DNA from: Octopus vulgaris
Taxonomy: Eukaryota
Length of the DNA stretch: 64,000 nt
Assembly (NCBI GenBank): GCA_951406725.2
Contig: OX597822.1
Location: forward strand, 61,752,001-61,816,000
Direction of reading: 5' to 3'
The notes below the pieces were generated by a model, which made no database searches, was not told the DNA's origin, and saw only the letters and a program-made list of their open reading frames with translations. Positions 14,801-28,915 of the stretch are shown here, in pieces. Position 1 is the stretch's first letter; each line of letters opens with the position of its first letter. The translations under genes and the position numbers were made by a program.

Positions 14801-15677
14801 ATGGTGTTTCGTATTGCAAAACCCACACCATGGATCCGTTGATGGTCGGGATCGTAACCTTTCCAGAAAAAGGTGTATTGACCGCCTTCTTCTCTCAGCC
14901 GGTCTTCTCCGGCTCTCCGGGTTTCACTGAGAGCTTCGATGTCAAAATTGAATCGATGGAGTTCCCGGGCGATGATTGCAGTTCGCCTTTCGGGTCTGTC
15001 TGAGTTGGTGTTATCTATGAGAGTCCTGATATTCCAGGTCCCGAATTTCAGCGTTGCGTATCTTGATCTTGATTTTCGACCGCATGATGGTGATCCCTCT
15101 GGACGCGGTTTTCCAGACAGGATTGGGATGAAGCAGACTATGTTTAGGGCACCTTTTCTAGCTCCTTCCCAATTCAGGGTGAGCAGAGTGGATCCTAAAC
15201 AGGGCTGCTCAGTCGTGGATACTGCTGCCGAACATCTTTCCTGCTTCTTCCGAAAGATAGAGCGACTGAATCATGTAACCACCGCATCCGTGCCGGTTCT
15301 GCATTAGGAGCCTCCAGCCTTCACGAGCCTGCTCCCGTCATCCATCGCCGATCGCCGAAAGACTTGGAAAGAATAAGAAGAGTGGTGGCGAAGACGCCTG
15401 TGCGTGGAAATTTTTAACGTGTGCTTGAGGTCGCACGCCCAGTAAAGCACACGTAAACTTGACAGACCACCAACTTGACCCAATGGCAAGGTAAACCGAG
15501 ACGATTGGAGTCGATGGTCTGCTGCAGCCTTCGTCCGCTTTCGCAGCCGTTGAGTTGTTAAGGCAACTTCATTCGCCTGTTCCACCGTTGAGGACTTGAT
15601 GACTGTCAGAGCCCCGTTTGCCGCTAGCACAGCTGGCTTGCTGTGCTCGCGTTGCCCAGGAGGGGTTGAACTTTTGC
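11815..15677 (-). mobile_element. Near full-length RTE-clade LINE (BovB/RTE-1-like)
   Basis: TSD AGTGATAGAGT at 11804-11814 and 15678-15688; APE, RT and C2H2 finger in one reading frame; 3' end GGGATTGCCATCATC. Confidence 0.95.
11862..15090 (-). pseudogene. RTE endonuclease/reverse transcriptase ORF with few lesions
   Basis: FGTWNIRTL, LSETR, LLGDFNARVG, WTDHRL (APE); YRGISLL, GVKQGCVIAP, QYADD (RT); CPHC...HLRTH. In-frame stops at 14173, 13801 and 12508; frameshift near 12070. Confidence 0.95.
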
Positions 15678-15764
15678 AGTGATAGAGTAAGAGTAAAGAG
15701 AGTTAAGAGTCGCACAATAGTCAGGGAATAATTTTTATAATAAAGTAAACAGAGTGTGCGTATA

Positions 15765-16012
15765 AAGGGTTGAACAGACAGAACACAACAAGGAGAAAAA
15801 ATTAGACAAAGGCAGAGCCAACGGGAAACTAGACGAAAACTTAACGGACGGGAAATATAGGCAAAGACATGAAACATGAGTTTCGCGGCTGAGTTCTCCT
15901 CGTCAGTCAAAGACCCAAAATATGATAGTGGTTTCGCGCCATTACCATTGAGACCACTCAATCTTGGAGACGTGTGTGCTGTTATTAAGCTACTGGGCAA
16001 AAGCTAGCGAAC
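15765..16012. repeat. About 240-bp diverged direct repeat, copy 2
   Basis: Matches 10970-11210. Confidence 0.85.
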
Positions 16013-16058
16013 TAAAACAGATACAAACATCACACACACACACACACACAAACACACA

Positions 16059-16143
<85 letters not shown>

Positions 16144-16306
16144 AAGTTTATTTGCCAACAGTAAGTGGCAGTCCTATAAAAGACTATGTTACTGTTGTTT
16201 AAGCCCCAAGAAAACATCTTTTCTTGCTAGTTGTCGACACACAATCTGTGTCCCTATAGTGTTTTTATGTATGTATGTATGTATGTATGTATGTATGTAT
16301 GTATGT

Positions 16307-16537
16307 ATTTCTTTATTACCCACAAGGGACTAAACATAGAAGGGACAAACAAGGACAGACAAAGGGATTAAGTCGATTATATCGACCCCAGTGCGTAACT
16401 GGTACTTAATTTATCGACCCCGAAAGGATGAAAGGTAAATCGACCTCGGCGGAATTTGAACTCACAACGTAGCGACAGACGAAATACGGCTATGCATTTC
16501 GCCCGGCGTGCTAACGTTTCTGCCAACTCACCGCCTT
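16307..16537 (-). mobile_element. SINE family A, monomeric form
   Basis: Single module plus head, inserted in (ATGT)n. Confidence 0.85.
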
Positions 16538-16557
16538 AATGTATGTATGTATGTATG

Positions 16558-16588
<31 letters not shown>

Positions 16589-17174
16589 TATTCATGGTTT
16601 TATAATTTAGGAATCTAGTTTTCGAGAGAGGACTCAATATATATGGAATGTAGAGTATATTTAATTCATTAAAAATGTTAGCTTATATGCTTAAGCTTCA
16701 TTTTGTCTTCTTTACGTAGTTGAATGGAACTTTTTTTTAAAATTCATTTAGTATGATTATAAGTATATTAAAAAAGAGAACATCGTTAAAAAGAAACATG
16801 TAACTAAATAAAGTGTGGCGGGAGGAGAAGAGTAAATAAAAATAGAAAGAAAGATTTGATACGAAGCGTATATTTAGGATATGTATAACATGGATTCACA
16901 TGGGAAGCCACAGCATATTTGAAATACGTAAGTTGAATGTTCCTTGGGAATCGACAGTGTTGCAGAAAAATATACGTTACAAGGCAAGGTCTCTGACAGG
17001 AATGGTAAATGGAAAGAAAGAAAGAAGGAAAGAAAGAAAGATTGAAAGAGAGAAAGGAAGAACGAAAGAAAGAAAGAAAGAAGGCAGAGAGGAAACTGAA
17101 AGACGTGAAAAAGAGAAACAATAAAAGGGAGAGAAAGAACAAGAGGAAGAATATGATTAAAAAGGGATGTATTA

Positions 17175-17855
<681 letters not shown>

Positions 17856-18649
17856 ATATTATTGATAAAAAAAAATACTATAGTAATCAATACAAATGCT
17901 TCCTTCTAATTTCTGTCCTACCAAATGTTTGAGAAGTAAATATTTTCCTTGCTTAATTAGGATGCACTTTACAGTAGGAAACTTTCGGCTTCCCATTCTT
18001 AACAGGGAAACAGGGGGATAATACACTTGCGTGAAGAACCAAATAAGACTCCAGGTAATTTCCGCAAAACTATTACATTGTTATCGAGTAATACAAATTT
18101 TCCTTCATTCGAAAGTCTGTTTTTATTGACATGTGTATTAGACAAATCATTGTTTAACACACGCACACGCACATGTGCACAACTACGTATATTAACAACT
18201 GACATTTTGTAAATTCGGTATCCTTGTTTAAGATTAGTGATTGTCTTCCGGTAAATATCATGATTTACATCTGTTAATGTCTGTTGGATGGAACCCAAAT
18301 ATATAATATATAATTCACCTGTCATTCCGTTTGTATGTTAAGATGTGCATTAAGCTCTGTCCGTTTGCCAGTGTCCTTGCTTGCATCAAGATAACACGTG
18401 AGTTAGCAGTAAAGGCATATCAATCCAGAATATATTTAGAGCGATATTTAATGACTATGAAATAAACTTTAAGGAAAATGTTATTCTGTAAGTTACTGCG
18501 TTTGTGGATCGCTCATACTTCCTAACTAACTCTTATACCGGTCGCTTCGCTACCAATATAAAATGGATTATCATAGTATATCACAATTTCTGGTTTTACC
18601 CTATATGTACTATATATTTCTGTACCATTTTTACTTTACAACTTTTACT

Positions 18650-18807
18650 TTACAATTATGTGGAGTAGATGGACAGCCGACAAGTGATGAAGGGTCGTTC
18701 TTTATGTTACCTGTCTTGTTTTCCATTTGGTTCTCTCGTTGTTCGCAAAAGAAGTTTGTTTTCGTATTTCATTTTGCTTACGTTTTGTTACGTCCTGTAC
18801 CCATATA

Positions 18808-18808
<1 letters not shown>
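18650..18808 (+). mobile_element. Unclassified retroelement terminus (same family as 10388-10630)
   Basis: Ends CGTCCTGTACCCATATATGCAT followed by (TA)n. Confidence 0.5.
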
Positions 18809-18855
<47 letters not shown>

Positions 18856-18907
18856 AGTATGTACATATATGTATGTATATATCATATATATTTTATTTAT
18901 ATTATAT

Positions 18908-18952
<45 letters not shown>

Positions 18953-19739
18953 TACTATTAAATTATTGCATTCATATTTAATAAACCAAATTAATTTTTG
19001 CTTTTCATTTAATTCACTCTGATCATAAACCGCCGGTAATGATAGAGATGAGATTTAAGCACAAATTTATGTAGCTTTAGTGAAACATCATGAACAATTT
19101 TTTGCCAAAAAAAAAAAATCACTACAAAAGTTTATGTTGCGGTAACATACACACCAGAAAATGTTTTTTTTTCATGTGTTGCTCCGCGTTGAAATAATGC
19201 TTCAGTACAGTCTATTTCGTAGCAACGGAAATCATTTTTTAAATATAAAATATATGAATGTTGTCGATGTTGACCTTCTCCGATAAATATCCAGGTGTGC
19301 AGCTAGTTTCCATTATTTTATTCTGTCTTCTTTTTCTCCCTCACATTTTTCTTTCCTTTTCGCCCACTATTTTATTAATAAATTGTTATATAAATCCTCT
19401 TTCAAACATTATACTACACTATAAAGTACAACGGATTTGCACGTTTCCTTTTATAACGTCACTAGCAAAATCTTTGAATTACACAATTGGTTTGGTGCCT
19501 GGAAATCTAGCGATATTTTCAACCTCTTCTTGCTTAAATTATTCTTGTCTTCTTTCATCTCTAATTTAATCCACCCATTTCTCATAATCCATTTCTTTTT
19601 ATTCATATTGTTTCTACTTTTCTCCTTCTCTTACTCTGTTTCTGTTTCACGTGTTTACTTTTTTCCGTTTCCTCTCTTTTCTTTCCTTCTTCGTCTTACA
19701 CGTTTACCATCTAACAATGTATAAAGCAACGATTGTTTC

Positions 19740-19930
19740 CAAAAACGTTATCTCTATCGATTCCCAATAACCAAACTCTTGCGAAATACCTATGGTTTTT
19801 GAAAGACAGAAGAGAGAACAACCCTACGATAAAATGGACAGTTTTCACGAAGGCAAAGACATACAACAGTCGCTGCAGTCGCTGCCATTAATGGGTAACT
19901 GAAAATCCCAAGATTTTTACTCTGCAAGGT
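19740..19930 (+). pseudogene. PLE GIY-YIG C-terminal remnant
   Basis: Translates NQTLAKYLWFLKDRRENNPTIKWTVFTKAKTYNSRCSRCH*, the same pattern as 23006-23372. Confidence 0.6.
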
Positions 19931-20360
19931 TGCACATTCTCGTCAAGCCTTCATGCACATCCCTGTACCAAAGAATTTTCAACTAAAAAGCGGCTGAACC
20001 CACACACTACAGCCTCTTAACAGAGTGACACAAGAGCTGATGCGTGAAATCACAGCCCTAATAATAAAAAAAAGAAAACATGTTCTTAAAAACATTACCC
20101 TCAAGTCAATTTATTTTGAAAGCCATTATAACTATTATTAACACTAACCATGTATTGGAGGACAGTGTAATTCTCTTTTATAAATTCTGGAGGAGAAGGG
20201 AAGGAAAAGTGGGGGTGAGTGAAATGTGTGATTTTTTAAAACAGTTTTCTTCCTTTACTTAGTCTGTCTGTAACGATTTCAGTTGAAAGAAAAGGCGAAG
20301 AGTGAGAAAGAAAGAGGTAAAGTGCTGTGTATTAAGCCTATAAAATTGTGCATATAGTAT

Positions 20361-20603
20361 TCTTTTACTCTCTTTTACTTGTTTCAGTCATTTGACTGTG
20401 GCCATACTGGAGCACCGCCTTTAGTCGAGCAAATCGATCCCGGGACTTATTCTCTGTAAGCCTAGTACTTATTCTATCGGACTTCTTTGCCGAACCGCTA
20501 AGTTACGGGGACGTAAACACACCAGCATTGGTTGTCAAGGAATGTTGGAAGTGATGGGGGGGGGGGGGGGAATACAGACGCACAAACATATATACACACA
20601 CGT

Positions 20604-20642
<39 letters not shown>

Positions 20643-20806
20643 TACGACGGGCTTCTTTCAGTTTCCGTCTACCAAATCCGCTCACAAGGCTTTGGTCGAC
20701 TCGAGGATATAGTAGAAAACACTTGCCCAAAGTGCCACGCAGTGGGACTGAAACCGGAACCATGTGGTTGGTAATCAAGCTACTTACCACACAACCACTC
20801 CTGCGT
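20361..20806 (-). mobile_element. SINE family B
   Basis: Complete head, internal (TA)n and tail. Confidence 0.85.
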
Positions 20807-21552
20807 ATATACAGTTTATTGAAACTGAATGTTTATCTTGTAACTAAATTGTTTTCCGCCACTACGGTTTTCATGTGAGAACTATAATAACTCAGATTGT
20901 TATACATATATTCGTTGGTGTGTCTAAGTAGTGCTATAATTGAAACAAACCAGCTTTTTAGTGAAATGAACAAACGCAAATTTTAAATTAGTTTAACAAA
21001 CACTTTCTAGAAGCCACACCAAAGTTATTCAAACATGAATATACCGGATACTACCTACGGTAACAAAAACTGACGTGGATATGTTGTTAATTAGTTTTAC
21101 AGTGAAATATACCCGTAAACAAAGCGTTAAAATTCCCTAGTCTTGATCAAGGCAACGATAGTTACAAACACAATACAAGACACACTTTACTAAAAAGAAA
21201 ACCAAGATAAACTTGATAATAATAAAAATAACAACGTTTATCAGATTAACTGTAAAATCTAGAACGGAAAGAAAAGAATAAATTAAAACCACAACTCGAG
21301 TCAAGGACGAATAGACGAAATATATATATATATATATATATACTTACCTACAACAAATAAGGAATGACAAGGCAAAAAGTAAGTCAATCAACAAGCATAA
21401 ACATAAACAATTGAACAGTTACAAGCAGGTGACCTAACTGACATCAACGAACATAATATATCACCCAACTGAGTAGTAAAAGTTCTCGCACGAAGATCGC
21501 AGTGGCATAAAACGCGAGTCACGAGGTTAAAATTCAGTTTCATTTGTGCATA

Positions 21553-22717
21553 CTAGCAAATCTACCCATCTACGATGAAGGCATAAAACGAGGAAGGGGA
21601 GTCATAACAGCAGTATGTATTCAGAAATGTGTAAATGGACTTGATTGATTACTGGGTGATGCCTTAGAGAAATCACATTATTGTTGGTGATACAGCATTC
21701 TATTACAGCTATAAGACATGTATTTGCATATAAGTGACGTGATGACGATTCACTTCCGAATTGAAATAGGCACCCAGCCTTTGTATCATGAATGGATATG
21801 TGGACCACTCCTAACGAAAGCCAGAGCTTCCTTCGATCACTACATAAAAAGTATTAAGAAAAAAAACGTTATTTAGATATACTTTTATTTTAGTTGTTTA
21901 CACTCTTTTACGCTTGTTTATATTCTTATACATTCAAACTTCACAAATGTCCTTATTTAGATTATGAATCATATTTCTTTTGATAATATCAATATGATTA
22001 CAAAACTTCTTTGTAGACGACATTTTCTGTTTGGTTGACACTATTTTTCAAACTACTGTAATCCGATGCTCTATTCACAGCGATGTATAACTGGCTGTGT
22101 GTAAACATCGGAGTGGGTAAAAATTCACATATACGATCTAAAGTCTGGACTTGTGCCTTTTTTGCTGTGAATGCGCGAGCGGTTTATTTAGGGTTGCAAA
22201 AAAATCAAACTGAGACTTACCTTTCACTGTTCTACGCGAATAATGTCTGGATGTTCTGGTACCATGAGTTATTTTGATTGACAAAACTGAGATGTAAATA
22301 ACAGCCGCTTTGATTACATGTTTCGAATTCTGCCTGAGACTGACACATTTCAATAACCACTAAATAATCATACACACTATATACTGACACACACTTTTCC
22401 CGTTTTATTTTGGCTATTAAACGTCCTCGCGACCCCTTCGTATCTACGATGGGGCCACGAACTATACGATGAAAATCCAGAGTTACGCGTGGTCGGTGAA
22501 CTTTTAATAAAGATGCGAAAGTGGTTTATCAATTGAAAAATCAATATCTACGAAATAATAATCTGATTTTTTAATGCGAAAAACCTACCTGACGACCGTC
22601 TTTGTAATTCCGCTAAATATCGTAACCCTTGGTCCAGCTGTTTGACCGTGAGGAGCGAACAGATAGACAGACGGACAAACGGAGAGACAGACGGATATAA
22701 CGGCCATTATAGTAAGA
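21553..22717 (-). mobile_element. Non-autonomous Helitron with PIF1-like helicase remnant
   Basis: 5' A|TCTTACTATAATGG at 22717; 3' hairpin CATC-GTA-GATG then CTAG|T at 21553; AFTAKKAQVQTLDRICEFLPTPMFTHSQLYIAVNRA at about 22175-22065 (helicase motifs V/VI). Confidence 0.75.
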
Positions 22718-22794
22718 TTATGTTATATTAAATTATATATATATATTATATACTTACATAAAAATATAGTATATTATATATATATATATATATA

Positions 22795-23705
22795 TAGATG
22801 AGTGTATTTTTACCTTGTTAAAAATTAACACGGAAAAAATAAATAGTCACATAATAACAAACTGTCAAATATTAATACATTTAATAATACTAACATTAAT
22901 TTAGCTAATACCATCCAACCCTCTAGAAATATTAATAACAAGGTTATTGTATCTGAAGTCAATTCCAATAGAATTAAGTTTACGTCAAGTAACTCTAAGA
23001 TTAAAAATTCTATATACCAGTGTATAATCAGTACTGGTAATAAAGTACGATTTTACATTGGAAGCACATCGTTAGAGTTATCTAAAAGAATTTCTATCCA
23101 TTACTCAACATTTAGGGATAGAAATAAACGTAATAGTACCGGTCTCAGCAAACTGATTTTGGGATTTAAAAGACCACAATGAACAATTTCATTTAGAATG
23201 GTTGATTCTCTCAATTTCGATACCTTATGACAAAGGCAAGGAATTCTGTCATCTCTGCAATTCTGAGCTATTTTTCATTATTTTTTCTAAAAATACTCTA
23301 GTAAACACGATTATAGAGCGTGCATACAGATGTAAGCATGGGCAAAAACACACATTTAGTGCATATAAGTAGTCTCTATCATTATATATAATTTAAACTT
23401 TAATTTCCTTTATATTTAACATTTACTATTGGTATCCCTACTCTATCTGTCAGCTACTTATGACGTTATATCATATAACGTTTTTTAAACAATATTAATA
23501 GCGTTCTGTCTATCGCTATACAAATCCATCATTTTTTGCTAAAATGTCTTATTGACGAGTTTCGCTTTTTTCACTTTCCTGAGGAGAAGATTGCATTGTT
23601 TATACCATTTATTCTTTTGAATAGTATCAGTGGAATTTTCGAAACATGTGTCGAAAGTAAAAATATTTGATTTACACCTGCGTTAAACTCCATTTATTTT
23701 TTCAT
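22795..23705 (+). mobile_element. 5'-truncated PLE (GIY-YIG remnant plus pseudo-LTR)
   Basis: 23006-23372 translates IYQCIISTGNKVRFYIGSTS...STGLSKLI/WDLK...CHLCNSE...CKH*; downstream hammerhead. Confidence 0.8.
23573..23658 (+). ncRNA. Type I hammerhead ribozyme motif, canonical core
   Basis: ACTTTC-CTGAGGA-[GAAGATT...AATTTTC]-GAAA-CATGTG-TC-GAAAGT. Confidence 0.8.
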
Positions 23706-23733
23706 ATTATATATATATATATGTGTGTGTGTG

Positions 23734-23794
<61 letters not shown>

Positions 23795-23970
23795 TTGTGT
23801 GTGTGTATATATATATATGTATATATGTGTGTGTACATATATATGTGTATATATATATATGTATATATATACTAATATAGGATGAAGCTTTTTTTACAGA
23901 AAAAAATTCAATCAAAAAATGTGGCAGCATATTAAAATAACTATAATTTTAACCTTAAAGTTATGTGTGT

Positions 23971-24037
<67 letters not shown>

Positions 24038-24417
24038 TTATTTCTAGTATATACAGTTAGATGTACATAATGGTGAAATGTACGTAGGGAACAAATGATA
24101 TAAACTGCATCTTATGTTTACCATATTCTTTCCTATACATGTATTTGTGTTTGTGTTTTTGTGTTTGTGTGTGCTTGTGTGTATATGTGTGGCTGGGTGG
24201 GTGTCTGTGTGCGCGCGTGTTATGTGTGTAAATAGGTAAAATAACACAAACGGACTTAGGGGAATGAGAGACAGACAACTGGACAACGTGAAAGATTACA
24301 ATAGGTAGAGAAAAAGTCCAAAGACGGTGGGCAAAATGTAAACACAAACGCAAAAATGAATTAACCTAAAAAGTTGTACACAATGAAATGTATGTCAAAA
24401 CGGTAAAGGAAGAGAAG

Positions 24418-25660
24418 TATTCAGGAGGTTCTGGCTAAATTTGACTGTTTGTAACATAACTCTTTTACTCTTTTATTTGTTTCAGTCATTTGACTGCGGT
24501 CATGCTGGAGCATCACATTTAGTCGAGCAAATCGACCCCAGGACTTATTCTATCGGTCTCTTTTGCCGAACCGCTAAGTTACGGGGACGTAAACACGCCA
24601 GCATCTGTTGTTAAGCGATGTTGGAGGAACAAACACAGACACATAAGCATATACACACACATACATACATATATACAACGGACTTGTTTCAGTTTCCGTC
24701 TACCAAATCCACTCACAAGGCTTTGGTCGGCTCGAGGCTATAGTAGAAGGCACTTGCGTAAGGTGCCACGCAGTAGGATTGAACCCGGAATCATGTTGTT
24801 GGTAAGCAAACAACTTACTACGCAGTCACTCCTGCGCCTAAGGAAAAGAGAACACAATATGCCATCCTAAAATAAAAGTATGTTGGAAATCAAAAAATAT
24901 CAACAAGATTATGGTTGAGAAATGTCAGTTTAATCAAAGCAGTTGCTCTCGGTTTCCACCACGGCCTCAAGACGGCTCTGGAACTTGACACATGCATTCC
25001 TTACTGTATCCTTGGGAAGATCTTTGAACACAGTTGGTGTCTTTCTCAGTCGCAACACGCATATAGCAATCTCTGGAATTAAAATCGGAGGAATTTGGGC
25101 GTCAGAAATTGGGGCTGGTGAGGTCATAGTAATTCTCCGGCAAACACTTCTGACTTTCTAGGGGTATGGCAAGGAGCCGAACCCTGTTACCACACGTGTG
25201 GCCTTCCGTCTCCTGTCATGCTTAGACCACACTATCCAGAAGCTTCACAGAGCCGTTTCAATTGAGCCTAAGGCTCTGTTCAAAGATGTGGAGCGGCATG
25301 GCATCATCTTCAATGGAGACACCCAAAGATCCTCACAATTTAAGGGAACTTAGTTTTTATGATGTATAGAACATGTCCATGTCACATCCTACAGATTTTA
25401 CTCGTACACTTTTCATAGGGCATTGATGAGCAATCATGATGCCAGCATTTTGTTATCCGGCGTGAATCATCATGACAAAAGTAACTCTTTTCCAATACTC
25501 AGATGGATTTTAGCCTTCCATAACAGCTTACTTTTTCTCAACTACAACTTTAATTTGTATGCTTTCCAACGTCATTGACAGTTCAACAATGTAGCAAGTT
25601 GGTCCTAAAAAACAGACATTTATAATTGTCAAATTTAGCCCTCAAACCTCACACCCTGTA
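24418..25660 (-). mobile_element. Degenerate Tc1/mariner-superfamily element (maT-like)
   Basis: End TACAGGGTGTG...GGCTAAATTTGAC with a degenerate inverted copy near 24420-24450; remnants W*QGSAPCHT and RNACVKFQSRLEAVVE. Confidence 0.7.
24460..24840 (-). mobile_element. SINE family B nested in the maT-like element
   Basis: Complete head and tail. Confidence 0.85.
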
Positions 25661-25677
25661 TGCATGTATGTGAGTGC

Positions 25678-25729
<52 letters not shown>

Positions 25730-25732
<3 letters not shown>

Positions 25733-25925
25733 AGAAGGATGCCAGAAGTAGACCATAAGGGGTATACTTCTAGCATAATGTATGTCCAATTAGTGGTCAT
25801 CCCTCTTTTTTGTATGCAATGTAATTTTTCTGAATCTTCAGATTTTTCAATATGCTAGACCACTGGTTTGAAATTGATATTAATCAAATTAATATTCAGT
25901 TTTTCACCCTTATTGTAAATTTACA
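25730..25925 (+). mobile_element. Pseudo-LTR-like remnant (same family as 56570-57067)
   Basis: TACTTCTAGCATAATG...TTAGTGGTCATCCCTCTT...CTGAATCTTCAGATTTTTCAATATGCTAGACCACTGG shared. Confidence 0.6.
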
Positions 25926-25931
25926 TATATG

Positions 25932-26357
25932 TAGGAGTGGCTGTGTGGTAAGTAGCTTGCTTATGAGCCACATAGTTCCGGGTTCAGTCCCACTGCGCGG
26001 CACCTTGGGCAAGTGTCTTCTACTATAGCCTCGAGCCGACCAAAGCCTTGTGAGTGTATTTGGTAGGCGGAAACTGAAAGAAGCCCGTCGTATATATGTA
26101 TGTGCATATATATATATATGTGTGTGCGTGTGTGTGCGTGTGTGTGTGTGTGTGTGAGTTTGTGTGTGTCTGTGTTTGTCCCCCCAACATCGCTTGACAA
26201 CCGATGCTGGTGTGTTTACGTCACCGTAACTTAGCGGTTCGGCGAAAGAGACCGATAGAGTAAGTACTAGGCTTACAAAGAATAAGTCCTGGGCTCGATT
26301 TGCTCGACTAAAGACTAAATGACTGAAACAAATAAAAGAGTAAAAGAGTAAAAGAGT
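25932..26357 (+). mobile_element. SINE family B
   Basis: Head, internal (TG)n and (GTAAAAGA)n tail. Confidence 0.85.
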
Positions 26358-26687
26358 ATATATATATATATAAATAGGTGAATGAATTATCCTATGTTTA
26401 TCGTCAGCATGGACGTATATGTTTGTATGTATATATGCATGTATATGTTTGTATGTATATATGTATGTATATATGTATGTATATATGTATGTATGTATGT
26501 ATGCATGTATATATGCATGTATATATGTATGCATGTATGTATATATGTCTGTATGTATATATGTATGTATGTACGTACGTATGTATGTACGTCCGTATGT
26601 ATGTATGTACGTACGTATGTATGTACGTACATATGTCGGGGGTAAGGGAATTTTGTTAACATCTTCGTTCGACTCCATTCTTTCATT

Positions 26688-26883
<196 letters not shown>

Positions 26884-28343
26884 GAAATACATACAGTAGG
26901 TAGGTATGCAGGTGTGTATACATGTATGAGTGTATGGTTCTGCGTCTGTGCACAAATATGTAACCAATGCGCGAGTGGCGGCGTTTCCAAAAAAAATATT
27001 TTCGATAAGTAACGATCGTTAATATTACTGCTAACAAGCTGAAATATGTCCTGGATCGATTTGATTGATTAAAACCTTTGTAGGGTGGAGTTCAAGATGG
27101 TCGTGATCTAATGACTAAGAGCAGTTAATGTATAAAAGGATATGTCTGTACATACATACATACATACATATATACATACATACATACATACATACATACA
27201 TACATACATACATACATACATGCATGTATATATACATACGTACGTACATACATACATACGTTCGTACGCAGGTGCATATATACATACATACGTACGTACG
27301 CATGTACGTACTTACATACATACATACATACATACCTATATACATACATACATACGTACGTACATACATACGGACGTACATACATACGTACGTACATACA
27401 TACATATATACATACATACATATATACATACATGCATACATATATACATACATACATATATACATGCATACATACATACATATATACATATATACATACA
27501 TATATACATACAAACATATACATATACATACATACATATATGCATACATACATACATACATATATACATGCATACATATATACATACATATATACATACA
27601 TATATACATACATATATACATACATACATAAATACATACATACGTACATACATAATACATACATACATACATATGCGTATGCATAAAATACAGAAATAAA
27701 TATTAAAATATACATATATTCTATAAGAGAAAATATAAATGTATAATATTTATTTGAGTTTTTAAATATGTAGATTTCGATGTGTGTGTGTGTGTGTGTG
27801 TGTGCCTATTTGTGTGTTCGTATGATTATGTGTGGATCAAGGTGGGTATTGTATGTAAATGTATATACGCATAGACATAATGCATAGTCTGAGATATTCT
27901 AAATAAACTGCTTTGATCACAGATACGTAGCAGTTTAGTACCAAGAGGAAGGGCAGGGCAGTTACCAATTTTGCAATGGATTCCAAGACTGACTGAAGAA
28001 TGAAAAGGAAAACTATAACTATGGTTAATATGTAATCAGTCTGAACTCTTTCAACAGATTTCACTCTATAAAAGAACCTAGGAGTCACTTTGTCAAGTTA
28101 AACATGGCCAACACATTAAGCTTATTCCCCAGAATAAGAATCAGTTTCCCAAATGCTTCAGCAGTTTTCATCTACCCGTTTTTCCCTCGAAATATTTGGG
28201 ATAACACGAGAATACCGTAGAAAACAATGCCTGCCTAGTTGCCGCATAGAAGGGTCTAATGCGAATTATTTTACCTATGGGAACATTAAAACTTTGTCTT
28301 CACCATAACGGATGTATATTTAGTTCTTAATCATCATTTTGTG

Positions 28344-28388
<45 letters not shown>

Positions 28389-28399
28389 TATACACACAC

Positions 28400-28528
<129 letters not shown>

Positions 28529-28529
28529 A

Positions 28530-28915
28530 GGCGGCGAGCTGGCAGAACCGTTTGTACGCCGGGTGAAATGCTTAGCGGTATTTTGTTTGCCGCTACAATC
28601 TGAGTTCAAATTCCGCCGAGGTCGACTTTGCCTTTCATCCTTTCGGGGTCGATTAAATAAGTACCAGTTACCCACTGGGGTCGATATAATCGACTTAATC
28701 CGTTTGTCTGTCTTTGTTTGTCCTCTCTGTGTTTAGCCCCTTGTGGGTAGTAAAGAAATAGGTATTTTGTCTGCCGTTACGTTCTGAGTTAAAATTCCGC
28801 CGAGGTCGATTTTGTGATTTGTCCTTTCGGGGTCGATTATATAAGTACCAGTTACACTCTGGGGTCGATGTAATCGACTTAATCCCTTTGTCTGTCCTTG
28901 TTTGTCCTCTCTATG
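28530..28915 (+). mobile_element. SINE family A, dimeric form
   Basis: Matches 1601-1997. Confidence 0.85.

Noticed and set aside
15560-15615. Second HDV-like candidate (UCCUCAA...GGCGAAU) in the RTE 5' UTR
   Set aside because: Could not form P3 or P1 around the putative L3
18523-18560. Possible Helitron 3' end (GGTCGCTTCGCTACC hairpin)
   Set aside because: Terminus is not CTRR and no matching 5' end was found
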